From NCBI GenBank assembly GCA_949298065.1, contig CASFUZ010000005.1, positions 2,139 to 66,138 of the forward strand: a stretch of DNA of 64,000 nucleotides, in the 5' to 3' direction. The notes under the pieces were generated by a model. It saw only the letters and a program-made list of their open reading frames with translations, ran no database searches and was not told the DNA's origin. Positions 38,296 through 46,490 of the stretch are shown here, one piece after another. Each line of letters opens with the position of its first letter. Position 1 is the stretch's first letter. A program made the position numbers and the translations under genes. The DNA is from an uncultured Pseudomonadota bacterium. Lineage in GTDB: Bacteria; Pseudomonadota; Alphaproteobacteria; RF32; CAG-239.

Positions 38296-39561
38296 TTGGA
38301 GAATAACTTGAAACCCTTACTCATCTTAACAAGAATCATTTTTGTCGGATGCTTCTGGAGTATCTTTTTTCTGGAAGGCATAAGGGTTATTATGCTCCGC
38401 AACTGGCGTTTTGACATTTTTAACAATGACCACTGGCTCTATGCCTGGAACAAATGGAATGAAGGATGGATTATTGATGACCCCAAAGAATGGGCTTTTG
38501 TTTTAATCATACTAACTTTTATCCCCCTGTGGCTCACGGGGTGGGCCGCTCTGAGCCTAATTCCCTGGGGAAAAATTTTCTTAAACATCATCATGTTTCC
38601 CATAAAAGCTTTCCGCAACCTATTCTACAAACCGGTTAAAATCATTGCGAAAAGCGCAGGGGCTCCGGTTGTTAAGAAGAAAAAATCATATAAGGAAATT
38701 CGCCCACGCGGCACACGCGCACCGATTACGGATTATAATGACCCCATACGCCCGAGCGTCTTAAGCAATGCAGCCAAACCGCTGGCTCCAGCAAAACCTG
38801 CGCCGATTAAGAAAGAAGAAACTTCAGCTCCGGCAACCTTTGAGCATAATTTATTTAAGTTTGATGATGACACGGATGACGATTTTGACTTTGATTTTGA
38901 TTCCTTTGACAAGAAATTCAATGAAGAGAAAGCCACAGCCACCCCTAAAGAAGATAAACCCACAGAAGAAACAAAACCGATCAGCAAAAACAAAAACAAC
39001 AAAGAAAAACGAAATACAGCCCCCAAAAACACTTCGCCCACACCACAACAACCACGATCTGGAGGCAACTCTACACTTGAAGTTTTAAAACAAAAAGGCT
39101 ACGAAGTTATCACCACAGCCACAATCAAAAACAGCGTCATTGACTTTATCGGCGTTTCAGACAAACAAATCATCCTCTGTTTGCTTGACAAAGAACCAGG
39201 AGATTGGCTGGCTGATGAAGAACGCTTTAATGATGAAGAACCTTTATGGTTTTCAGAGAGCAGCCATCGCATATCCCCGGTCAGAAAAGTAGACATTGTC
39301 CGCAAGATTTTGGCAGATAAATTATCCGAATCTGATATGAATTTTGAGATTAAAGCCTTTGTAATTGTCCAAATAGGAAATATCATAAATGCGGAAGATA
39401 TGTTTGAAACATGGGATGAATTGAATATCTCAGTAACCAGAATTGACAGGGGAACACCAAAGGAATTAAAATTATTTTCTAAGACACTAGAAGAAGCAAA
39501 TTCGCGTATTGAAAAAGAGCAATTTGAAAAGATAAAAAAATTAATTCGTAGCATAGCCTAA
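38296..39561 (+). CDS. membrane protein with a C-terminal NERD/PD-(D/E)xK-like domain
   Basis: VGCFW...WRFDIFN...IPLWLTGW; disordered linker; IDFIGVS...LDKEPGDW...W...SPV. Confidence 0.6.
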   Translation: MENNLKPLLILTRIIFVGCFWSIFFLEGIRVIMLRNWRFDIFNNDHWLYAWNKWNEGWIIDDPKEWAFVLIILTFIPLWLTGWAALSLIPWGKIFLNIIMFPIKAFRNLFYKPVKIIAKSAGAPVVKKKKSYKEIRPRGTRAPITDYNDPIRPSVLSNAAKPLAPAKPAPIKKEETSAPATFEHNLFKFDDDTDDDFDFDFDSFDKKFNEEKATATPKEDKPTEETKPISKNKNNKEKRNTAPKNTSPTPQQPRSGGNSTLEVLKQKGYEVITTATIKNSVIDFIGVSDKQIILCLLDKEPGDWLADEERFNDEEPLWFSESSHRISPVRKVDIVRKILADKLSESDMNFEIKAFVIVQIGNIINAEDMFETWDELNISVTRIDRGTPKELKLFSKTLEEANSRIEKEQFEKIKKLIRSIA

Positions 39562-39591
39562 CAGAGTAAAACAGATAAAAGGACACAAGGA

Positions 39592-41814
39592 TTGCAAAAA
39601 AGAGGAGAAGAATGGGAAGAATATGATCATGCCGTCCAATGGATGGTTATGACCGTCGTCATCACCCTTATCGTAACAATCGCGCTGGCAATCATCTCTA
39701 TGCCTTTGGGCTACCTCATTGGCTCTGGCATATCCAAGGATTCCCTAAACGATGTCGGTAAATTTATCACCACGGTTTTTGATAATCCGTCCTATTTATT
39801 TTCACGCTATTGGAACTGGTTTCGCCAGCTATCCGCCTATCGCGGAAGTTTTTCGGTAAGTTTGTGGCTTCCGATTCTCCCCATACTCTCCCTCCCTTTT
39901 GGTTTAATAATCGGAGCGGTAACCAATCCCTATCGTTTTCAGTCAAACATCCATGGTTCAGCCCGCATTGCCGAATATAAAGATATTAAGAAAATGGGCT
40001 TATTTGATGGTTTCTGTATGGTTGTCGGCAAATACAAAGGCCGTCTGCTGATGTTAAAAGAAACCTTATCCACCTTGTGTTGCGCACCTCCGGGAACAGG
40101 TAAAACCGTTGGCGTGGTTATTCCGACAATTTTCAACTCACACGGAATGAGTATTGTCGTCAACGACCCCAAACCGGAATTATGCTATTCCACAACTGGA
40201 GCAAGAGCCAAAGACGGACCTGTTTTTGTCATTAACTGGGGTGCGGAAGACAACCCTGCGGAAGGCATTTATTACCCAAGCTGGAATCCATTGTCGCCCA
40301 ATGCTTTACCGGCTCCGGGACCGGATAGAGATATGTATGTTGACTCCATGTGCAACATTTTGGTTGAAGACCCCAAAGGCGGTGCCGACCCGCACTGGTC
40401 TAAGACAGGTCGCGCAGCATTAACCGGATTCATACACTTTATTGCCTCCAAATGCGAGCGCGCCCGCGCTAATGACTACTTCATCGGTCGCATTTATGAA
40501 GGAAAATTGGATGAAGAAGATAAACGTGTCTTGGAAGGTTATTATCTGGATATGCGCGACCCGATGTCCGCCCGCGCCATCCAAAACCTTAGGAATGATA
40601 ACATTACCATAGACAATTATCTACCGATTGGCACATGGCAGTTACTGCCGGAAAAATGGATAGGACACGAATCCTGCCTGGCTATGATTTTGGAATGGAT
40701 TACAGAAGCCCAAATCAAGCAAGCGCAAGACATCAAACGCCGCATTGAAGAAGGCGACCAAATGGCAGCGATGTCAGACCCCATGCGTACGATGCTTGAA
40801 GAAGCTGTTGATGAAGCCAGACGTTTTGGCTACTCTCCTCGTTGTATTACGGAATTAAGCCAACTATCCTCCATGCCTGATAAAGAGCGCGGCTCCGTAT
40901 TATCAACGGGTTTTGCGGGTATTGGTATTTTCAAGAACTCGGCCGTTGTTTCGCGTACCAGTTTTTCTGATTTGCAGTTCAAGGACTTACGCGGTATGAA
41001 AGACCCGATTACGGGTGAATGGAAACCAATTTCGGTTTATTTGTCAGTTAACCAAGTTGATGCGCGCGCTTTGGGTGTTATTTCGGGAACTTTTATTGAG
41101 CTGATGTCCTCTTACCTAATTGCCAACCCGCCAAAATTTGTAAACAAAACCGATGGTCAAATGGGACCCTTCCCTTGCTTGTTTGTGCTGGACGAGTTCC
41201 CGCAAATGCCGAAGCTGAAAGCCATTATTGATGGTCCGGCGGTCGGACGTGGTCAAAAAGTTTCATATTTGCTGATTGGACAAGACTTAGGCCAAATTTC
41301 CGGTAAATATGGTAAAGATGACCTGGAAACGGTTATCTCAACAACCGCATGCAAAATCATCTTATCCCAAAACAACGAGCAAACAGCCCAGCGTTTTTCT
41401 AAGATGATTGGTAACAAAACCGTCCAAACCACATCTTATTCAAAGAACGAAGGAGCTCTTGGAAAAGGAAGCAACCCGTTTGCCAAGAACGTATCTTATC
41501 AACTTCAAGGAACTTCGGTTATCAGCACCACCCAGCTTTTGAGCTTGCCAATGCTCAAACAGGTCGTTTTGATGCAAGGCTTCATTGACCGCCCGATTAT
41601 GGCAGATTCGCCTCGTTGGTATCTTGATTCCACAATGAAGAAGTTGGCTGCCTTACCGCCCTCACCTTATGTTCCGGATTGGATAGTTGCTCAGCGCGAA
41701 GATATTAATGAGGATATGTTAGCCAAACTTGGCATTGATTATGATCCTGAAGCAGATGACGGCGATGACGAGTTTGACGAAGAAGATGAAGACACAACAA
41801 CCAACCAACAATAA
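39592..41814 (+). CDS. virD4: type IV coupling protein (VirD4/TraG family)
   Basis: N-terminal TMs, HGSARIA, Walker A APPGTGKT, VVIPTI, VNDPKPEL, WNPL, DPHW, Walker B LDEFPQM, IGQDLGQI..KYG; acidic tail. Confidence 0.9.
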   Translation: MQKRGEEWEEYDHAVQWMVMTVVITLIVTIALAIISMPLGYLIGSGISKDSLNDVGKFITTVFDNPSYLFSRYWNWFRQLSAYRGSFSVSLWLPILPILSLPFGLIIGAVTNPYRFQSNIHGSARIAEYKDIKKMGLFDGFCMVVGKYKGRLLMLKETLSTLCCAPPGTGKTVGVVIPTIFNSHGMSIVVNDPKPELCYSTTGARAKDGPVFVINWGAEDNPAEGIYYPSWNPLSPNALPAPGPDRDMYVDSMCNILVEDPKGGADPHWSKTGRAALTGFIHFIASKCERARANDYFIGRIYEGKLDEEDKRVLEGYYLDMRDPMSARAIQNLRNDNITIDNYLPIGTWQLLPEKWIGHESCLAMILEWITEAQIKQAQDIKRRIEEGDQMAAMSDPMRTMLEEAVDEARRFGYSPRCITELSQLSSMPDKERGSVLSTGFAGIGIFKNSAVVSRTSFSDLQFKDLRGMKDPITGEWKPISVYLSVNQVDARALGVISGTFIELMSSYLIANPPKFVNKTDGQMGPFPCLFVLDEFPQMPKLKAIIDGPAVGRGQKVSYLLIGQDLGQISGKYGKDDLETVISTTACKIILSQNNEQTAQRFSKMIGNKTVQTTSYSKNEGALGKGSNPFAKNVSYQLQGTSVISTTQLLSLPMLKQVVLMQGFIDRPIMADSPRWYLDSTMKKLAALPPSPYVPDWIVAQREDINEDMLAKLGIDYDPEADDGDDEFDEEDEDTTTNQQ

Positions 41815-41828
41815 GGCAAAATGAAGCG

Positions 41829-42455
41829 ATGTGGGAATGGTCCAACCGGCAAAAGAACAATTCTCCAACACCGGAGGTAACCCAAAAAAACTCCGCATCG
41901 CTTCTTGCCGCTTATAATGACTTGATTGGCAATAGCTATGCCACATATCACAGCCGCGTCAAGAATATTCAGATAGCAGACAATCCCAACAATGAAAAAA
42001 TTACATCTCCGTCTGCCGAAGAAGTCTTTGCTCTGGTTCAAAGCAAAATCCGCGAATATAATCTGCCCGCAAGCACCCAAATTATTGAGAAAGAATATAT
42101 GCCGCAATCATGGCAGGAAATGAACCGTGCCTTTGATCGCTACCATAATCTACGCGCGCGTTTTTTTAAGCTTTTGGGCTATTCTGAACAAGAAAAATGC
42201 CAACAAGCCGGACTAACGGAAGAAGACATAAATTGCTTGAGAAACGGTTTTGCGCCAGAAAACTATAACATACATCTCAAAATTCCGGCAGATTTTGGAG
42301 GGTTGGCTGAATTTGAAAATTTCAGTCTCATCAAAACCCATCCCTATCATGACAACATTCACAGAATTATAGATATGCAAATTGAAAACAACTTTTTAAG
42401 GGTTTACAAAAAAATTTATCTCCCTTGGTTTGAAGGAAAATTTTATCATGATTAG
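41829..42455 (+). CDS. HNH toxin-like domain protein (partly degenerate)
   Basis: AGLTEEDINCLRNGFAPENYNIHLKIPADFGGLAEFENFSLIKTHPYHDNIH resembles polymorphic-toxin HNH domains (G..P.gy.vHHk.P.d.GG.N.f.NL.Li...PYH). Confidence 0.6.
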   Translation: MWEWSNRQKNNSPTPEVTQKNSASLLAAYNDLIGNSYATYHSRVKNIQIADNPNNEKITSPSAEEVFALVQSKIREYNLPASTQIIEKEYMPQSWQEMNRAFDRYHNLRARFFKLLGYSEQEKCQQAGLTEEDINCLRNGFAPENYNIHLKIPADFGGLAEFENFSLIKTHPYHDNIHRIIDMQIENNFLRVYKKIYLPWFEGKFYHD

Positions 42456-42900
42456 CCGCTACCTAAATTACTTTCGCCAAGCAACGGGTTGTGTTTTTTT
42501 TGAGCCCGCGGTTGAAAGCAATTTATCAAAAATAAATCACGAATTAACTACACGCAATTTTGCCCCAATCCCCGAAGAATATTATAACTTTCTAAAACTA
42601 ACAGACGGGCTTATTTTCAATGGCATAGAGTTTTATGGTTCCGTTCCGCATTACAGAGAACTTAAAGAATACACTTTTCCCAATCTTATCACAGTCAATG
42701 AATATTACTTAAACTATGACTATTTCATTCGCAAACTTGTCATTGGCCGAATTTCGGAAAATTTACTACTCTACAATGAAAACGAAAAAGTTTATACAAT
42801 TGCCGACCGAATAAACCTTCGTCCAATTTTGGAATGCGAAAGTTTTGTTGCCTTCTTAAAGATTTTTTATGACCACGCACTTCCGCCGAATGAGCGCTGA
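42448..42900 (+). CDS. SMI1/KNR4 (SUKH, YrhA-like) immunity protein
   Basis: IPEEYYNFLKLTDGLIFNGIEFYG...VIGRISENLLLYNENEKVYTIADR; 8-nt overlap with the upstream ORF. Confidence 0.7.
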   Translation: MISRYLNYFRQATGCVFFEPAVESNLSKINHELTTRNFAPIPEEYYNFLKLTDGLIFNGIEFYGSVPHYRELKEYTFPNLITVNEYYLNYDYFIRKLVIGRISENLLLYNENEKVYTIADRINLRPILECESFVAFLKIFYDHALPPNER

Positions 42901-42975
42901 CACATTGACAAGAAAATACAAATCTTATATATCTGACAAATAGAATTAAACTCAATTTTTTTGAAAAGAAACACA

Positions 42976-43344
42976 ATGTCTGACATAAGTTCACTTCATA
43001 ATCACGGCGAAAATATTGCTCCTTTACTGGAAAAAATGCCTAATGAAGACGCTTTTTATAAAGCCTCAGACATTTTTCAACAACTCTGCGACCCCACACG
43101 TTTGCGGATTTTGTGGTTGTTGGCACATTGTGAGGCTTGCGTCCAAAATGTTGCAATCACCGTTGGCATGAGCACTTCGGCCGTTTCTCATCATCTTCGT
43201 ATTTTGCGCCAAACAGGGCTGATAACCAACCGCCGTTCGGGTAAAGAAGTTTATTACAAACTGGCAGAAACCCAAACAGCCAAGCTCATTCACAAAATGA
43301 TTGACGATGTTTTTGAAATGAACTGCCCTCAAAATAAATTATAA
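42976..43344 (+). CDS. ArsR/SmtB metal-sensing repressor
   Basis: FQQLCDPTRLRIL, CVQNVA, SAVSHHLRILR, RRSGKEVYY. Confidence 0.9.
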   Translation: MSDISSLHNHGENIAPLLEKMPNEDAFYKASDIFQQLCDPTRLRILWLLAHCEACVQNVAITVGMSTSAVSHHLRILRQTGLITNRRSGKEVYYKLAETQTAKLIHKMIDDVFEMNCPQNKL

Positions 43345-43346
43345 TA

Positions 43347-45194
43347 TTACTTGGCTTTTAGCGCACGCATAGCATTCAAAATAGCAATGACCGAAACGCC
43401 GACATCGGCAAACACGGCATCCCACATCGTGGCAATACCCCCTGCGCCCATAACCAAAACCAAGAGCTTAACCCCTAAAGCAAAAACAATATTTTGGCGT
43501 ACAATTTTTAAAGTTTTCTTTGAGATTCTGATAGCCTGCGCAATTTTTGAAGGCTCATCATTCATAATCACCACATCAGCAGCTTCTACCGCAGCATCTG
43601 AGCCTACCCCGCCCATGGCAATACCGATATCCGAAAGAGCCAGAACCGGCGCATCATTAATTCCGTCTCCCGTAAAGACCAATTTTCCATCCGATGATTT
43701 TTCACCCATCAAAACTTCAACTTTTTCAACTTTTTGAGCCGGCAGCAAATTTGCAAAAAACTTATCAAGACCAAGTTTTTCAGCCACATTTTGAGCCACG
43801 GCAACATTATCTCCGGTCAGCATTACTGTTTCTTTTATCCCCGCTTTTTTCAAAGCTGCAATGGCGGAGATAGCATCTTCCTTTATCTCATCGGCAATAA
43901 GAATATAACCTTTATATACGCCATTTTCTGCCACATAAACCACCGTGCCGACCTCTTTTGCTTCCTCAAAATCAATCTTAAATTCATCCATCAAACGCTT
44001 ATTTCCGAGCAAAACTTCCGCACCGTTAACAATGGCTTTTGTGCCTCTTCCGGCAAGTTCTTCATAAGATGAGATTTTTTCAAAATCAGGCTCTTTGCCA
44101 TAGGCTTTCCGAATAGATTGCGAAACAGGATGCGTTGACCCAAATCCGGCATAAGCAGCCAACTCAAGCAATTTTGCCTCATCAATTCCCAAACCTTTAA
44201 CTTTGCAAACTTCAAAACTTCCCTTGGTTAAAGTTCCCGTCTTATCAAAAACCACAATTTCGGCTTTGGATAGAGCTTCCAAATAGTTGCTCCCTTTAAC
44301 CAAAATACCTTGGCGAGAAGCAGCACCGATTCCGCCAAAAAAGCTCAAAGGCACCGAGATAACCAAGGCACAAGGACAAGAGATAACCAAAAATGTCAAA
44401 GCCCGATAAAACCAATCACTCCACAAAGCTTCTTTTATTAACAAAGGAGGAAAGACGGCAATAGCAACAGCTAAAAGCACTACAATCGGCGTATAGTAAC
44501 GTGCAAAACGCGTAATAAAATTCTCTAGCAGAGCTTTTTTAGAGCTTGCATTTTCCACCAAATCCAAAATCTTGGCAACGGTAGATTGCGCATAGATTCG
44601 GCTGACTCTAACCTTAAGTCTGCCGTTCAGATTAATACATCCGCTGATAATTTCATCGCCGACAGCAGCTTCTCTCGGCACCGATTCTCCCGTAATGGCA
44701 GACGTATCTATTAAAGAATATCCTTCAATAATATGACCATCTAAGGGTATCTTCTCACCTGCATTAACAACAATTACATCATCAACTTTAACCTCTTCCG
44801 GACTAACTTTTATAATCTTGCCGTCTTGCTCAATATTAGCATAATCCGGACGAATATTCATAAGAGAGGCTATAGATTTGCGAGATTTTGCCACCGCATA
44901 AGATTGGAATAATTCACCAACCTGATAAAACAACATCACCGCCACACCTTCGGAATATTCGCCTATGACAAAAGCCCCTATTGTGGACAAAGACATCAAA
45001 AAATTTTCATCAAAAACTTGCCCATGCCCAATATTTTTAACAGCTTTGAGCAAAATCGGCAATCCAACGATTATATAAGCTGCAACAAGACACAACAGCC
45101 GAAAAACTTTCTCCTCCGCCGAAAAGAAAAACGCGCCGAAAAACAAAATTGCCGCAACGATAATTTTATAAAGAAGTTTTTGCTGTTTTTTCAT
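43347..45194 (-). CDS. cadA: Zn/Cd P1B-type ATPase
   Basis: ENFLM, TGES, SCPCAL, DKTGTLT, THP, GDGINDAP. Confidence 0.93.
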   Translation of the reverse strand: MKKQQKLLYKIIVAAILFFGAFFFSAEEKVFRLLCLVAAYIIVGLPILLKAVKNIGHGQVFDENFLMSLSTIGAFVIGEYSEGVAVMLFYQVGELFQSYAVAKSRKSIASLMNIRPDYANIEQDGKIIKVSPEEVKVDDVIVVNAGEKIPLDGHIIEGYSLIDTSAITGESVPREAAVGDEIISGCINLNGRLKVRVSRIYAQSTVAKILDLVENASSKKALLENFITRFARYYTPIVVLLAVAIAVFPPLLIKEALWSDWFYRALTFLVISCPCALVISVPLSFFGGIGAASRQGILVKGSNYLEALSKAEIVVFDKTGTLTKGSFEVCKVKGLGIDEAKLLELAAYAGFGSTHPVSQSIRKAYGKEPDFEKISSYEELAGRGTKAIVNGAEVLLGNKRLMDEFKIDFEEAKEVGTVVYVAENGVYKGYILIADEIKEDAISAIAALKKAGIKETVMLTGDNVAVAQNVAEKLGLDKFFANLLPAQKVEKVEVLMGEKSSDGKLVFTGDGINDAPVLALSDIGIAMGGVGSDAAVEAADVVIMNDEPSKIAQAIRISKKTLKIVRQNIVFALGVKLLVLVMGAGGIATMWDAVFADVGVSVIAILNAMRALKAK

Positions 45195-45205
45195 CTAAAT
45201 AAGCC

Positions 45206-45424
45206 CTATCTTACAAGTGTTACATCATCATCAACTTTGGCTATCAACTTTTCAGCCTCATCCAAAATCTCTTCAAAACGAGCTTCTTCGGCTTCCAAAA
45301 CCAACTTTCCGGTCATAAAAGAAACCGTTGCCGAAATAACACCTTCAATCTGCTGAACGGCATTTTCAATTTTAGCTGCACAATTGGCACAGTCCAAATC
45401 TTGTAAAATAAAAGTCTTTTTCAT
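45206..45424 (-). CDS. stand-alone heavy-metal-associated (HMA) domain protein
   Basis: LDCANCAAKIE CxxC motif; GAGG RBS. Confidence 0.88.
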   Translation of the reverse strand: MKKTFILQDLDCANCAAKIENAVQQIEGVISATVSFMTGKLVLEAEEARFEEILDEAEKLIAKVDDDVTLVR

Positions 45425-45437
45425 TATCGCCTCACAA

Positions 45438-45463
45438 AACATTCAAACGCTCATTTAATTGTT
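45438..45463. promoter_or_regulatory. putative ArsR/CadC operator
   Basis: Imperfect palindrome aacattcaaacg-ct-catttaattgtt (12-2-12) just upstream of the HMA-cadA operon. Confidence 0.55.
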
Positions 45464-45502
45464 TATATGTTTATGATAACATATGTATTTTTTATTGTCA
45501 AC

Positions 45503-46249
45503 AAAGCAAAAGTGTGTTCGCACAAAAAAAGCACCCTGAAAAACAGAGTGCTTTTTTAACTGGGGCGAACTTTGCCGGAGGCAAGAAAACAATCCTGTGA
45601 ATTGTTTTCTGCCGACGGAGACGGAAATGTTATGGCGGCACACAAGCGACAGCGCCGTGGGCCAGCATTAAATTTCCGGTGCCCGAAGCGTAGTTGTTGA
45701 GCCAACGGCGAAACCTACAGAGCAAGAGGAGGCAAGAAAACAATCCTGTGAATTGTTTTCTGCCGACGGAGACGGAAATGTTATGGCGGCGCACAAGCGA
45801 CAGCGCGGTAAGCGGACATTAAATTTCCGGTAACCGAAGCGCAGTTGTTGAGCTCAAAGCGAAACTTACGGAGCAAGAATAGTCCCATGCACTTTTGCTT
45901 CTTACAAGCAAAAGTGTGTTCGCACAAAAAAAGCACTATGAAAAAGACCTTCTGAAAACAAAAAAAGCACCCTGAAAAACAGAGTGCTTTTTTTAACTGG
46001 GGCGAACTTTGCCGGAGGCAAGAAAACAATCCTGTGAATTGTTTTCTGCCGACGGAGACGGAAATATTATGGCGGCGCACAAGCGACAGCGCGGTAAGCG
46101 GACATTAAATTTCCGGTGACCGAAGCGCAGTTGTTGAGCCCAAAGCGAAACTTACGGAGCAAGAATAGTCCCATGCACTTTTGCTTCTTGCAAGCAAAAG
46201 TGAGTTCGCACAAAAAAAGCACCCTGAAAAACAGAGTGCTTTTTTTAAC
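45503..46249. repeat. tRNA-His-linked tandem array of a structured non-coding element
   Basis: Three ~151-bp cores starting at 45577, 45728 and 46014; the tRNA 3' 11-mer (tggggcgaact on the + strand) recurs at 45561 and 45998; repeated terminator hairpin aaaaaagcaccctg...cagagtgctttttt. Confidence 0.92.
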
Positions 46250-46326
46250 TGGGGCGAACTATGGGACTCGAACCCACGACAACCGGTACCACAAACCGGG
46301 GCTCTACCAACTGAGCTAAGTTCGCC
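46250..46326 (-). tRNA. tRNA-His(GUG)
   Basis: GGCGAACTTAGCTCAGTTGGTAGAGCCCCGGTTTGTGGTACCGGTTGTCGTGGGTTCGAGTCCCATAGTTCGCCCCA; G-1 and C73 present. Confidence 0.96.
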
Positions 46327-46490
46327 ATCAGACTTATGCGTTTTTACAAACAATCTAACCGAAAGTCAAGACAAAAAGCATAAAAAATTTTTTATAATCA
46401 TAAAAATCACTTTTCAAAAATTAACAATTTATTTTCTTTTTAGCGCTAACCTAAGGTTAAACAACTCCAGAAAAAGAGATAAAAAAAGCA

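Noticed and set aside
39592-41814. Integrative conjugative element or plasmid
   Set aside because: No relaxase, integrase, att pair or virB genes are visible in the window, and the composition looks like the host's.
45503-46249. CRISPR array
   Set aside because: Units are 150-250 bp and near-identical throughout, with no unique spacers and no cas genes.
46446-46460. CtrA box (TTAA-N7-TTAG on the minus strand) upstream of the carboxypeptidase-mipZ genes
   Set aside because: It has one mismatch in an AT-rich intergenic region, so it is plausible but not distinguishable from chance without conservation data.
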